This document shows, one piece after another, positions 25,393-39,878 of a stretch of 64,000 bases of DNA. Under the pieces are notes generated by a model. The model was not told the origin of the DNA. It worked only from the letters and a program-made list of their open reading frames with translations, and did no database searches. The position numbers were made by a program, and so were the translations under genes. The stretch covers positions 230,826,001-230,890,000 of the forward strand of contig OZ024742.1 of NCBI GenBank assembly GCA_964016885.1, in the 5' to 3' direction. The DNA comes from Eledone cirrhosa. Taxonomy: Eukaryota. Within the stretch, counting starts at the first letter, position 1. Each line of letters opens with the position of its first letter.

Positions 25393-26736
25393 GATAACAA
25401 GTTATCGTTATAGGTAATCCAGTTAGAGGTTGTGAGTACCCTGTGCCGTGGATAGTTTTAAAGTACGGTTTTGTTTGACTCAACAAGAAGTGTCCATATT
25501 TAGGCAGCGAGTTCGAGGTAATTCCTATGTAGGTTATACTTGGAGTAATAATAATGAAAGATTGAAGAGTAACATGGTCGGCTGTACAACAAGGGGCTTT
25601 ATTTCAGGTATTAACAATTGTTTCATTGATCAGGTGAGTCTAGAGGCCGCTAATCGCCCGAAGTTGTGTCACTCGATCTCCAATACATTATTTACCTGTG
25701 ATCAAATCCTTAGAATATGTGTGTGCGTGTGAGTCCTTATTATGCATATGGTTACTCCGAAGCTCCATCTGCGTACTCAAATGAATATATGAAACACCAG
25801 AGAAACATTCTCATCATTTAGCCAAAATAAAGAAGGATATTTAATTCTAGTTAACCTAGTAATTCTACTAACCCTGTTTACAAAATTTTACCCATTAGCT
25901 TTAGAAATCTACACATGTTAAAGGCATCACTATGTCTAAGTGCTCTTACTCCGATCCCTATGGTAAGTGGATGAAAAAGAAAGCTACGACATTGTATACG
26001 ATTAATACTATTTATGAAGAAGGTGGCGAATTGTCAGATATATTAGAACGACGCATAGATTGCTTCGTAGTATTCGTCATGGCGCTCTCAGTTCAGATAC
26101 TGCTAATGTCAATTTAGCCTTTTATCTTTTGAAGAAATATAATGAAAGTTCAAATCCATTCAGAATGTTATAATATTCTGTTTCATAATGTCATCATCAT
26201 CATCACCGTTTTATGTCGGTTTTCTACGCTGGCATAGGCTGGTCGGGTCATCACCTTCTGTAATTAGATAGATCAAATGATCATATTTTCTTCACCCCTT
26301 CCATTTTCGCATGGTTCCCAAGGCTGGATGCCCTTCTTTGCGCCAACCAGTTGTGGCGCTCTCAGTTCAAATACTGCTGATATCAATTTAGCCTTTTATC
26401 TTTTGAAGTCGATAAATAAGTTACTAATCTAGTATTGGAGTCGATTCTTCTTCTATGTCGCTTTTTCACTTCCTCTCATTTGTTCTTACTCTTTCTTTCT
26501 CTGACTGAAATTGGTTATGTTCAGACCTGGAGAGGGATGTGCTGTGTCGTGTTTAAGGGCTTAGGACACGTATATCCCTACGGCTCCCTTACGATATAAT
26601 CTGAAGTTAAAGAGCACACGGCGTGTCATTTATAGATGTGGTTTTATTTCAAAGTATTGTTACCGTTCCTGTTACGAAAGTCTATTTAATATCTTTGTAA
26701 ATATGTAACCACTCAACGGATAATGTTATTTACCTA

Positions 26737-26929
26737 GGGCGGTGGATTGGCAGATTCGGTAGAGAGTCGGACGCCATGCTTTGAAGCATAGAGTTACGTC
26801 CCTTTATGACCTGAGTTCAAATCTCGCCGAGGTTAACTTTGCCTTTCATCCTTACGGGGTAGGTAAAATAAAGAAACCAGTAATATACTGGGTAATTTGC
26901 TGGCCTTGTGCCTAAAGTAGACACAATTA
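26737..26929 (+). mobile_element. Family A SINE
   Basis: Full match. Confidence 0.85.
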
Positions 26930-27023
26930 TGTCTCGTGATACACTATGTCATAACATACAATATATGTTCTCAGATAAAAATCACGTTTTCATCACGTAT
27001 TATATATATGTGTGTGTGTGTGT

Positions 27024-27103
<80 letters not shown>

Positions 27104-27194
27104 ATGTATATATATATATATGTATGTATATATATATCTGTGTATATAATATGTATTTATATAAATATATATATATATATATATATACACGCAC

Positions 27195-27225
<31 letters not shown>

Positions 27226-27275
27226 CACACACGCACATATATATATACATATATATACACACACACACGCGTATG

Positions 27276-27308
<33 letters not shown>

Positions 27309-27436
27309 TTGTGTTTATTCGTTTATCCTGATACATTTCTTACATATGTTAGAGTACATTGTTTAGGTTACTTTTATTTCAACCTAGTGACCAATACGAG
27401 CATAGAGTAAGCATATTCTTTACGGAGCCTCTATAT

Positions 27437-27532
<96 letters not shown>

Positions 27533-28083
27533 ATGTATGTAAATCTCTAGTGTAAGTGAAATGATACGGTCGAAAAACATAATAAAATATATAGTAAAAC
27601 CAGACAAAAGATACGTAGTAAAACGTAGACAAGTATTGTCGAAGATAGATGATAAAAGCAGATATAAAAATGTTCTAGTAGACATAGACAAGTTATAATT
27701 AGAGATATAGGACCTTATTCTTTAATATAAGTAAGTGTATATGGAGATTCTGAGTAATATCCATTAAAAGCCTTCTTAGATATAAATATCTGATTCAACT
27801 TGATGTCACATATATCTAGATAAATGTTCTCTCTTTCAATCTACTTAATCTAGATCTCTGCATTATCGTTTCACGTTATCTATTTTATATATATCTTCTC
27901 TGTCTCCCTGTCTCTCTCACTCATCATCACTCGTATATATGTATATATAGTTATATATGCATACGTATATATATATAGTTATATATGCATATATCTATAT
28001 ATACATATATGTTATTTTATATATATATAAATATATAGATAGATAGATACATACATATATGTATATTTGCACATGTATCTATG

Positions 28084-28173
<90 letters not shown>

Positions 28174-28340
28174 TCTAGCTTTCTCTTTTACTTTCCGATA
28201 AGATATTAAATTCTCTATGCATATCTCTTACTTTATCTGCACTTAGCTACTTATATACCGATATGTCGAAAACAAAAGACCATTGCATACATTATACATA
28301 CATATATATATATATATATACGTGTATATATGTGTGCTTA

Positions 28341-28407
<67 letters not shown>

Positions 28408-28437
28408 AGATCAAAAGATGGTTAAAAGAGTTCCATG

Positions 28438-28508
28438 TATTTTATTATGCGCATTTCAAAAACAAATATCATCATGCAATAACATTTGTGTTTTCATCAG
28501 ATAAAATA
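28438..28508 (-). ncRNA. Type I HHR in 3' pLTR
   Basis: Reverse complement of 31205-31275. Confidence 0.8.
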
Positions 28509-28872
28509 GGAAGACATGCTATGAAGGTTAAAAACACCTGTGGATAGTGCAGTTTTAAATCAACATATGAAAAGTAGTTTTAGATTGATGTGTGATATTG
28601 GGGAAAAAAAATATTTTTGAGGGCGGGGGCAGGTTGGAAAGGATGAAAAAAAGGAGGAGATGAGAGTAAAAAGTGGAGGGGAGGAGTATAATGAGGAAGG
28701 ATGAGGTAGGAGGAGAGATGGGTGATAGAGAGAGAGAGATAGCTTTTATAACTGAGAAAAATATATTGTTTTACATAGAGAGGTTGAAAAACCGTTGGAA
28801 GATAATGTATAAATTAAAAGAATTTGAAAATTAACGAAGAGAAACAAAATGTAAAGTTAAGGTTTGTATATT

Positions 28873-29100
28873 GAAGGGTTTAATAATATGTGCGATGAAA
28901 AGAAATTGTTAATATGTATTAAGAATAATATTTAAGGGTTTAATAATATGTGCGATGGAAAGAAAATGTTAATATGTATTAAGAATAATATTTAAGGGTT
29001 TAATAATATGTGCGATGGAAAGAAATTGTTAATATGTATAAAGAATAATATTTCAGGGTTTAATAATATGTGCGATGGAAAGAAAATGTTGATATGTATT
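28873..29100. repeat. 60-bp tandem repeat, about 3.8 copies, in Penelope 3' region
   Basis: aagggtttaataatatgtgcgatggaaagaaaatgttaatatgtatt.. repeats in register line to line. Confidence 0.9.
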
Positions 29101-29537
29101 ATTAAAAAAACAAAAGTAATGTAATTAAGGATATATTGTGAGATGAGCAGGAATAAGTTAGATGAAAGTGAGAAAAAAATAATGAATAGAGGATGAATAA
29201 TCTAACGTCAAAAAAAAAATGTTTATGTTTACGAAGGATTTTTTCAAGGTGATATAAAGTAAGAATATATTGTATTGTGTAATAATTGTTTCTATGTTAG
29301 GCACAGTGAGAAAGGGTACAGATTAGGGGTTAGAAATTAAAAGAAAAAGAAAAGAAAAGGAAAAGGAAGAAAGGGAAGTGATAAATAGGAGTGATATAGA
29401 ATGAGTAACAAGTATTATATAATGTATAATAAATAACTTTGAAATAAGGTAGAAAGATGGGTATATTTTTAAAGAAGTATATATATATATATATGTGCCT
29501 TTGAGAAAAGGATTCTGAATTGATAAAGTTTAGGATA

Positions 29538-30900
29538 TTAGCTGTATACTTTATGGAACGTTCTGTGGAATTTATGCAAGCAGAGAGAAAACAAGTCAGT
29601 GCGTCTATTTATTGTAGAATCTAAATTAGATATAATGGTAATTTTTTCATTTAGACCGAGATTGCAAGTCTTGGATAGAGAACTGTTCAAGCAGAAGAAA
29701 CCTTTTTCCAAGAGATGTTATATTTAATATTTTTGTCTTTCAAGGACCATATGAGTTCTGAGAGAGCCGTGTTGGTTCTTTTAAGTTGGTATTTAAAAGA
29801 CGAATGATGATTATAAAGACGAGCTTTAAAGGAGGTGGAAGCGGAGCCAAAATAGGTGAAGGAATTGGTGTCAGTTATAACTTTACATTCGTAGATTAAG
29901 TTTTTATCAAGACAATGGTTGTTGAGAGGACATTTATTTTTAACAGGGCAATTGCAATTGCGATTAGAGAGATTATTAACGAGTGACCTAGTGTTATCTA
30001 TAGTAGGAATTGGATTGGAGAAGTTATTTGCGATAGGAATAATAGTTTCTTGATTTAGAATGGGATTAAGAACATTTAGCGAAGTTGTGTTTGACGTTGT
30101 ATTTGGGTTTGCAGAAATTAGCCTAGAGTTTACAATGACGTCGGGAGTACTATTACTATTATTATGATATTCAGTGTTGGAAGGAAGAGATTTAGTATTT
30201 AGTATTTTATTGTTGTGTTCAGAGATAATGTTGGAAATGTTGGAGGATGTCGAATAGGAAAATTTTATAGTGTGTTTGTTAAATATTTTACTATAGATAT
30301 GTGAGGGAGGGAAGCATTTATTTAAGGCACTAAATAATAATTTAGGAATATTATTATTAATAGAGATGGAGAAAGGAGCATTATACCAGATTATGTTTTT
30401 GTATCTAGGTCTTTTATTAAAGTTACTGGAATGATCATGATTAATTATTCTACTGTAAGATCTTCTAGAATTTGTTTCTTTTTTATATTTTATTTTATCA
30501 GGATAGCCGGCTTTAGAAAGCGCGTTATTATAGTAATTGGCGTTAGCATCAAAGATGTTTTTATTAGAAGATAGGTTAGATATTCTTTTTCCAACATTAC
30601 TAACTATAGCATTCTTAATATTAGTGGGGTGCTTAGATCTAAAATTAACATAATTTAGGTTCTCATTGTTTTTATGGTAAGGGAAATATAGGCCAGTGTC
30701 AAGATTAAGAGATACATCCAAGAAATTAGCTAGTTATGCTGTTATCAAATTCAATTTTTAGGTTATGTTGGTTAAAGAGATTACGTATATTGTTCTTAAT
30801 AATATTAAGGTTAACTATGTTGCAATTTAAGATAGTAAAGAGTCCATCGTCACGATAAATTCCACCGCGAATTTGAGGAATTTTCCGACTCAAAGAGTTC
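29538..30900 (-). pseudogene. Penelope-like RT C-terminus plus GIY-YIG endonuclease, frameshifted
   Basis: GIYRDDGL; DVSLNL..PYHK; CNCPVKNKCPLNNHC; LIYECKV..YFGSAS..FKARLYNH; TALSELIW; shifted tail KTCNLGLNEK..INRRTDLFSLCLHK. Confidence 0.88.
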
Positions 30901-31204
30901 ACCCTACTATTATTTTCCAACGGTTTTTCAACCTCTCTATGTAAAACAATATATTTTTCTCAGTTATAAAAGCTATCTCTCTCTCTATCACCCATCTCTC
31001 CTCCTACCTCATCCTTCCTCATTATACTCCTCCCCCTCCACTTTTTACTCTCATCTCCTCCTCTTTTTCATCCTTTCCAACCTCCCCTCCCCCTCAAAAA
31101 AAATGTTTTCCCCAATATCACACATCAATCTAAAACTACTTTTCATATGTTGATTAAAAACTGCACTATCCACAAGTGTTTTTAACCTTCATATCATGTC
31201 TTCC

Positions 31205-31275
31205 TATTTTATCTGATGAAAACACAAATGTTATTGCATGATGATATTTGTTTTTGAAATGCGCATAATAAAATA
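31205..31275 (+). ncRNA. Type I HHR in inverted pLTR
   Basis: tattttat CTGATGA [long stem II] GAAA tgcgca TA ataaaata; stem I perfect, stem III palindromic. Confidence 0.82.
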
Positions 31276-31489
31276 CATGGAACTCTTTTAACCATCTTTT
31301 GATCTTATATATTATGTATACTCCAGTCCTACAAACTGTAGAGTGCTTCTTATCCGATATCTGCATTGCTTTATTGTACTACAATAAAACTCACCTCCTA
31401 CATATATGTTCTTATATGTCTATTTGTGTATATATATATATACATGTGTGTATTTCTGTATGTATATATAGTTTATTATGGTAACCGAA

Positions 31490-31572
31490 GTCTGATGAGC
31501 TTTTCATTCCAGAGTCGGGCGTGATCGACACAGATCAAACCTTGGGTTGATCAATGGCGAAAAGCGCGTCAC
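31490..31572 (+). ncRNA. HHR motif homologous to 901-985
   Basis: gt CTGATGA g..gatcaatggc GAAA agcgc GTC ac; stem II 5' strand eroded. Confidence 0.55.
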
Positions 31573-31624
31573 ACCTCAATAAATGTAATGAAAATTTCTC
31601 GTCCATATTATTATTATTATTAGT

Positions 31625-31809
31625 GGGGTGAATTGGCAGTATAGGTAGAGGGTTGGACGCCATGCTTTGATGCATAAAGTTACGGCCCTTGCCATTCTGA
31701 GTTTAAATCCCGCCTAGGTTAACTTTGCCTTTCATCCTTACGGGGTTGATAAAATAAAGTACCAGTAATGCACTGGATCATTGCTGGCCTTGTGCCTAAA
31801 GTAGAAACA

Positions 31810-31812
<3 letters not shown>
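31625..31812 (+). mobile_element. Family A SINE with (ATT)n tail
   Basis: Full match. Confidence 0.85.
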
Positions 31813-31868
<56 letters not shown>

Positions 31869-32439
31869 GTGTGTGTGTTCGTATTTGTATATGCTTATAT
31901 CTATATATATTTATATATATATATATTTATATATATATATACATGCATATATATATATATACATAAATATATATATATTCATATATATATATATATTTAT
32001 ATATATGGGTTTGTGTGTGTCTGTGATTGAATATTCTCTCAAATTGAAATAAATGATAGCTGTGTAAAGATCGAATGGAATGTACCATTGAATGATGATA
32101 TACTGTATTCTATATCCACTTTTTGTTTTTTATTCAATACAAAGTTGTACGATGGAAAATGTATCTGGTGGGGATCCTGCAGTCTTACAGGAACGTTTGG
32201 TCTAGAGTATACATGTTTGAACTACACAAATCTTTGATGTGGATGTCTTGTCCCAGTTTTTATTTACATTCTCTTAGTCAAAGAAACATTTTTAATGGTC
32301 GCTATTTTTAATATTTTATCAGTAGTTTATATTTTTTATTCATAATTTTCCTTGTAAGTGCATATAGCATTTAACACATTATTAACCTTTTGCATGAAAT
32401 TAGATTTAGAAAACGTTATAATACCCACTCTTTTGACCA

Positions 32440-33055
32440 ACATGAAACTCCAGAGTTTAGGGAAGAGGTATATTTGAGATGAGGTGATGTATATCCAGAT
32501 CGGTTAAATCATCCTATAAGAAGTGCAGCAAGGAAGAAAGAGTGTCAACAACAAACTACAGATCAAAAACATCCTCTCTTCGGTTATGTGCCAGCCGAAA
32601 CCCGCATGAAATTCAGGAAAAGTTTCATAAGAAGCGTCACGTCTTTCAAACATCAAGCATAGGTAGTGAAAGTGCCACTAGCTGGGAAGAAACACATAAC
32701 AACATCCCAACAGTAACAACAATGGAGCTAAAGGCGAGCGAGGGACTGCCCCCTGGAGCAAATAAAAACTATGCAGTGTTGAAATGCCTAGACAGACTAA
32801 GATCTGGTGTTGGACGCGCAAAAGTCACTCTTGCAAAATGGACGTAATTAAAGGATGGGAATGCTGTGTGTGACTACGGCAACGAACCACAGACTATACA
32901 GCACCTCCTGATATGCCCCTTGCTGGAACACACCCTGCACAGCATTGGACTTGGCAGAGTTAAATGAAAAAGGAGAGCAATGTGTTCAGCTGTGGCGGAA
33001 CCTCATCTAGACAAGCTTTGTAACTGACACTCTTGTGGACACGACAAGAAGAAGA
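32440..33055 (+). pseudogene. Vingi/Ingi-like LINE 3' fragment
   Basis: LDRLRSGVGRAKVTLAKW..CDYGNEPQTIQHLLICPL; tail gacacgacaagaagaag. Confidence 0.65.
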
Positions 33056-33409
33056 GTTTCCTTTCAAAAAGTTTCCTATCAATTAAATTGGTAGAATGGA
33101 TGAGGCGTTGGACGATATGATTCACCATATTTGTTCCAATTCCTTACGTTGCATTGATAAAAAGTATCGCTAGTGATACGTTTTTTTTTTTTCAATTTGT
33201 GTGAATATGTTACTATGTCTGCGTGTATTACAATTTCTATCTGTTGCAATTTACACCACTCCGTAGAACTGTTAGTTATGGTCCTCAGAGTAGAAATTAT
33301 GTTTCAGATAAAGCGTGGATTCGTGAATAACGTAAAACTGTGTTGAGAAATATGGGAATATATATATATTTGGGTATATATATTATTTATGAATATTATT
33401 TTATGATAT

Positions 33410-33535
33410 TACGTTCTGAGTTCAAATCCCGCCGAAATTAACTTTGCCTTTCATCCTTACAGGGTCGATAAAATAAAGTATCAGTAATGCTCTGGGGTAA
33501 TTGCTGGCCTTGTGCCTATAGTAGAAATCATTATA
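33410..33535 (+). mobile_element. 5'-truncated family A SINE
   Basis: B-box, core and tail present. Confidence 0.8.
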
Positions 33536-33731
33536 TTAAATATGTATGTGTGCGTGTGTGTGTGTGCACATCTGTCTGAGAGTGAACATACGTACGTATG
33601 TATGTGTGTTTGCATCAGGTTGAATGTCTATATCGAATGGTTGTCTGTATAAGTATGCGCATATGTTCTGTTGCCGAGTGTATTTAGTATCTATCTTGTT
33701 AGCTCTCTCTCTTCTCTCTACCTATCTCTTC

Positions 33732-33839
<108 letters not shown>

Positions 33840-33900
33840 GTATATATATATGTATATATATATGTATATATATATGTATATATATATGTATATATATATG

Positions 33901-33935
<35 letters not shown>

Positions 33936-33947
33936 GTATATGTATAT

Positions 33948-34045
<98 letters not shown>

Positions 34046-34080
34046 GTATATATATATATGTATATGTATATATATATATG

Positions 34081-34206
<126 letters not shown>

Positions 34207-34929
34207 TAGTTCCTTGTATATAGAACCAAGAACGAAGGCGGCTTTTGAATATGTTTCTTATTAGCAATGGACTTTTAAATGGAAGTCTCTGGCCAAATTC
34301 CAATCAGAAATAGTTTCTGTTATTGACGTTAACGATTTGGGCCAATATTGGTAAGTCTGTGAGCAGCAAGCATCGACTGCACGTGTTAAAACTGGAAAAT
34401 CTTAAAAGATTATCAAAACCGAAAAATATATAACAACCAATAAATATTCAAAGAAATATAATGAAAGTTCAAATCCATTCAGAATGTTATAATATTCTGT
34501 TTCATAATGTCATCATCATCATCATCAACACCATTTTACGTCGGTTTTCTACGCTGGCATAGGTTGGTCGGGTCATCACCTTCTGTAATTAGACAGATCA
34601 AATGACCACATTTTCTTCACCAGTTCCATTTTCGCATGGTTCCTAAGGCTGGCTGCCCTTCTTTGTGCCAACCATTTTACAGCGTGAACTAGGTTCCTTT
34701 TATCGTAGCATTGACATTACCACATTACAGAGTGTACGAGGCGTATTTTATCTTGGCACCAATACCACCAGTTTACAAAGTGTATTGAATGAATAGTATT
34801 TCATTTTATCAACCCTGTGAGGATGAAAAGTAAAACTGACCTTGGTGGAATTTGAATTCAGAGGGTAAAAAGAAGGAACAAATATTTTGTCCATCACTCC
34901 AACGATTCTACTTATCTACAACACAATAA

Positions 34930-35093
34930 TCAAGAGAGGTATCTTACAAGAAGATAGTCTCTCTCTCATTTATTGTTTGTCCTTATCCTCATATTCTTGT
35001 CCATCGTATTGCGACTAGTAAATGCAGGATACGAACCGGGAAGAGGAGAGCTTACTATCAACCACCTCTTATTCATAGACAACCTAAAACATT
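34930..35093 (+). pseudogene. Small decayed RT fragment of Dong/R4 type
   Basis: LQEDSLSL.LFVL..GY..INHLLFIDNLK parallels the QGDSLSP..YMDDLK region. Confidence 0.6.
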
Positions 35094-35414
35094 TAAGTAG
35101 CGGGAATCAATTAAATCGTATTCCTCTTGCCTCCCATTGCTGGCCTTGTGCCAATGTTAGAAAAAATGATTATACACTGGTAGTAACATAGATTGTAATG
35201 TAAACTTTTCAATACAGAAAGGAGATAATATATTTATAGTGAACAGAGTTTTGAAAGTATATACGCCTTATAAATTATGTATCGTCTTGTCTGGTTTATA
35301 TTTTATGAGTTCTGCTGAACCGGCTTAGGATTTCTGCTTACGTAACATTCCTTCGTGGTACTGCTTTCTACCTATACTTTCCTTGTCTCTAAACATTATA
35401 TGTATATATATGTA

Positions 35415-35603
35415 GGGCGGTGGATTGGCAGTATCGGTAGAGGGTCGGACGCCATGCTTTACAGCATAGTTACGTCCCTTTACGATCTGAGTTCAAATCC
35501 CGCCGAGGTTGACTTTGCCTTTCATCCTTACGGGGTCGATAAAATAAAGTACCAGTAATGCACTGGGTAATTGCTGGCCTTGTGCCTAAAATAGAAACAA
35601 TTA
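35415..35603 (+). mobile_element. Family A SINE (near-consensus copy)
   Basis: gggcggtggattggcagtatcggtagag..gttcaaatcc..core..tail. Confidence 0.9.
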
Positions 35604-35607
35604 TATG

Positions 35608-35640
<33 letters not shown>

Positions 35641-35701
35641 ATGTGTGTGTGTGTGTTGTTATATTTGGGGAGGGTCATATTGTTATAATATTGCCAGAAC
35701 T

Positions 35702-35753
<52 letters not shown>

Positions 35754-35971
35754 CATTTCTTCGTAATATTTACTTCTATCTATTTTATCTAACAAATAGA
35801 TATTTACTTTAAGATTGAAGCTGAAAAGCACCCAGCCCCGTGGGTATTAAAATATTTACCTATTACTATACTCAGATAGAAAGAAGTACCGGATAAAAAG
35901 TTGCCGGATAATAGGTCTTATACCCGTAGTAATATTTTGTTGTAATATCACCATTATATGTATAAGATGTA

Positions 35972-36163
35972 GGGCGGTGTATTGGCAGTATCGGTAGAGG
36001 GTCAGACGCGCATGCTTTGCAGTAAAGAGTTACGGCCCTTTATGGTCTGAGTTCAAATCCTGCCGAGGTTAACTTTGCCTTTCATCACTATGGGGTCGAT
36101 AAAACAAAGTACCAGTAATACACTGAGATAATTGCTGGCCTTGTGCCAAAAGTAGAAACAATT
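35972..36163 (+). mobile_element. Family A SINE
   Basis: Full match. Confidence 0.85.
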
Positions 36164-36611
36164 ATATTTATAAGATAAAAGCAGCCAACAAATTAAAAGA
36201 GAACCATTTTTATATAATTCTTCAATAATAGTTTCTGATTTAAACGGAAGGTGAGCAATTTGAGGGGTAGAGAAAAGTTGATTCAATTTACACTACTATT
36301 TGACTTATATTTTATCGACCTCGAATGGATGAAAGGCAATGTTAACCTCAGTTAGATCTGACCGCGGATTAAGCCGGAGCAAATATTATAAAGCATTTTG
36401 TCTGCCGCTCATTTTTACTGTTTTCCGTCATTGAGCTGCAGCACCTCGTTAATGGAGTTTATTTTATTGTATCGGCGCCTGTACTTGTCTATAGCTACAA
36501 AATGTCACATAAGCATTCGACACAGTGTAAACCCGAAATCACGAAGCGAACTCCTTAGCAATACGGTCATGCCCGTGCTGTAGTGATTCTGCTAATCCAC
36601 CACCCGTTAAA

Positions 36612-36833
36612 AATAATGGTTTCTTATATAGGCACAAGGCCAGAAATTTTGGAGGCGGGGAGAGTCGATTGAAGAGACCCCAGTGCATTACTGGTACTTT
36701 ATTTTATCGACCTCGTAAGGATGAAAGACAAAGTTAACGTCGGCGGGATTTGAACTCAGATCATAAAGGGTCGTAACTCTATACTGCAAAGCATGGCGTC
36801 CGACAATCTACCGATATTGCCAATCCACCGCCC
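36612..36833 (-). mobile_element. Family A SINE (longer variant)
   Basis: Full match, with extra gtcgatt..cccc segment before the tail. Confidence 0.85.
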
Positions 36834-36940
36834 TTACCACTCGTTATACATAATGAAAACCTTTTGGGTTAGTTGTTATACATATACACACTGTGTTTAT
36901 ACAGATATAACTTCATCATACACTTCGGCTGCTACGACAC

Positions 36941-36984
<44 letters not shown>

Positions 36985-37731
36985 CCATCTTATCTGTCAA
37001 TAAATTCTACATATGAAGTGACTTTTTTAAAGAACAGAATCATTGAAAAATAAACTCTAAAATATGTTACCATGGCGAACAAACGGTAAACTTCAACAAA
37101 CAAAGTATAAATGTATACGAAATGTGTTCGAAATGAAATCTTGGAGTTCCCTTTGATATTTTGTATATCTAAACCTTTCCACTTTAATGTCAATACTGTT
37201 AACATTTAGTCAAAGAGGTCTGAATCAAAAGGAACTAATGTGCTAGCAAGTCAACCGTAACATCGTTCGCGTTTAATTCTTGGTGTTATCGCTGTCTTCA
37301 CATTTACCTACAAACATCTTTGATTTCATATTTTCGAAAGAGTTACACACGTTTACGAGTTATTAAGCCTATCAATGTAAGGTTACGTATTTATTCACTG
37401 GAAGAAGACTTTTATCAATACCGAAAGTGAATATGTGGATGTTCTTGCGGCTATATATAGAAATATACACGAGTTGTTTTGTAATTAACTTTTGCACTGA
37501 GATTCGTTAGTTATAATAAAACCGAGACTACACGTGATGGTTGAAATATATTTTATAAGGTAAGGTAAAAAAGCGGTCAATTTGACTGAGTCGCTAAAGT
37601 ATTCGATATTTCATCCTGCGGTCTGAGTTCTAATTTTGTTGAGGCCAATATTGCCTTACATCCTTCTGAGATCGATAAAGTACTACTTCCATGCTGAGGC
37701 ATTTGTTTTACTCTCTATATCTATCTATCAA

Positions 37732-37810
37732 GAGGGTGTCCCAAAAAATCTATACACACTTCAACAACATTCTAATAAAAGTGTGTATACATGTTGGGGG
37801 GGACACCCTG
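37732..37810. mobile_element. Small Tc1/mariner-type MITE (related decayed copy 38246-38356)
   Basis: agggtgtccc..tatacacact / agtgtgtata..gggacaccctg ta. Confidence 0.6.
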
Positions 37811-38369
37811 TATTTATTTATCTATGTCTATCAGCTGTGTTCAGTAGTGAGGATTTAAACCTGGCATGTTTAAATGACCAGGGTAGGAACATGGGTTCAG
37901 GGTCAATGAGTAGAAGGATTTGTTTCTATATGAGATTTCTATCGCTCTACTCTTCCAACATTTCCTAATCACATAATTTATTTTACCAGCTGCAATATTG
38001 TGTATCCTCCACACATACTATTTCTTACAATTCAAATGAAATAATGAACGACTCTTCACAATATTTATGAGTAAGGAAGTATGATCTTTACAACTAATTT
38101 CCAATAAATGTAATACTCGAAATTAGTGTAATAACAAATGATATATATTAGAAACTCCTTTTGTTAATCGTATAATTATTGCTTTTCATAAACTGAACAG
38201 TAGGTTTAGTCTATTATCACCAACGAATTAGCTATGCATGTATATACAGGGTTTATACAAAATATATACAAAATAATGTATAGACACTTCGACAGAATTC
38301 TAATAAATATTGCCTGTACAGGTAATTAAAGTGTGTATATATTTTGGGGACACTCTCTCTTTCTCTATC

Positions 38370-38440
<71 letters not shown>

Positions 38441-38444
<4 letters not shown>

Positions 38445-38634
38445 CGAAGGAAATGTGGTAAGAAACAAGGTGGACCATAACGCACCAAAGTACTCAATAC
38501 TTAGGGTAATAGAGTGTGTAATAGGAACGAGTAGGACTCCGACAGCTGAGCTCAAGCCGTTTCGACGGCTAATTCTGGAGTCCAGAATTAGCCGGCGAAA
38601 CGGCTTGAGCTCAGCCGTCGGGGTCCTACTCGTT

Positions 38635-38640
<6 letters not shown>
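38441..38640 (-). mobile_element. Fold-back half-HHR element, family P
   Basis: About 118-bp near-perfect hairpin 38521-38639 plus tail gtattgagtac..ggtgcgttatggtccac; in (TA)n. Confidence 0.75.
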
Positions 38641-38668
<28 letters not shown>

Positions 38669-39194
38669 TGGAATTCCTAACTCATGAGGAATTCGTAGGG
38701 GTGCCGTATTTACACATGGTGTTTCCAGAGCTTTTTAAAACCTGGCAAGGCCCAGCTCCTCTCCAGATCTGAACTAAGCAGATTTTTTCCAGAGAAGGAT
38801 AGAGAGAGTGAAAGAACGGAAGCAAGGAACAGATATACAGGAAGAATTGACCTCAGTACTAGACTGGTATTTTTTTTTTTTACCTCGGCTCCCTTACGAT
38901 TATCCGGAGAAACGCCCTCTCCATTTTGTCCGCCGGGGCCGTGGGGCGGCCAGCACGTGGGACCCCACTTGCTCATAATACAGAGAGATGGGAAGGGGAA
39001 GAGAGATGGAGGTGATGACGGTGGGAGTTCGGCTCTTCCGTGTTTGGACACATTTATCAATTCTATGGTACTGACTGTTGGTACAGCGGACAGTATTGAC
39101 CGATGTCTATTCCTGTTTTGCTTAATACCAGGTCAGTTCTTAAAAAGAGTGATATAAATGTACTTGAATAAGTTATTTTACTCTAGTACCTTTT

Positions 39195-39878
39195 ATGTTG
39201 AAGTAAAATCTACTAGTACCATTACCAGTTATGTTGATACTATTAAAGTCAAATCTATTAGTACTATTACCAGTTATGTTGATACTATTTAAGTCAAATC
39301 TACTAGTACATATATATATTACCAGTTATGTTAATACTATTAAAGTCAAATCTACTAGTCCCATTACCTACCAGTTATGTTGATACTATTAAAGTTAAAT
39401 CTACTAGTACCATTACCAGATATGTTGATACTATTAAAGTCAAATCTACTAGTACCATTACCAGATATGTTGATACTATTAAAGTCAAATCTACTAGTAC
39501 CATTACCAGTTATGTTGATACTATTAAAGTCAAATCTACTAGTACCATTACCAGTTATGTTGATACTATTAAAGTCAAATCTACTAGTCCCATTACCAGT
39601 TATGTTGATACTATTAAAGTCAAATCTACTAGTCCCATTACCAGTTATGTTGATACTATTAAAGTCAAATCTACTAGTACCATTACCAGTTATGTTGATA
39701 CTATTAAAGTCAAATCTACTAGTACCATTACCAGTTATGTTGATACTATTAAAGTCAAATCTACTAGTACCATTACCAGTTATGTTGATACTATTAAAGT
39801 CAAATCTACTAGTCCCATTACCAGTTATGTTGATACTATTAAAGTCAAATCTACTAGTCCCATTACCAGTTATGTTGA
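39195..39878. repeat. 45-bp minisatellite, about 15 copies
   Basis: Unit gttatgttgatactattaaagtcaaatctactagtaccattacca. Confidence 0.95.

Larger units (their letters stand above)
28403..31400 (-). mobile_element. 5'-truncated Penelope-like element with inverted pseudo-LTRs
   Basis: Inverted repeats 28403-28800 / 30915-31310 enclose an RT-thumb-GIY-YIG coding remnant; HHR in each pLTR. Confidence 0.9.

Noticed and set aside
29687-29689. In-frame TGA as selenocysteine in the Penelope endonuclease
   Set aside because: Homology continues in a different frame (KTCNLGLNEK) and the position is not a Cys site, so it is a frameshift
35415-35500. tRNA gene
   Set aside because: A/B boxes continue into the SINE core and tail; it is a SINE head
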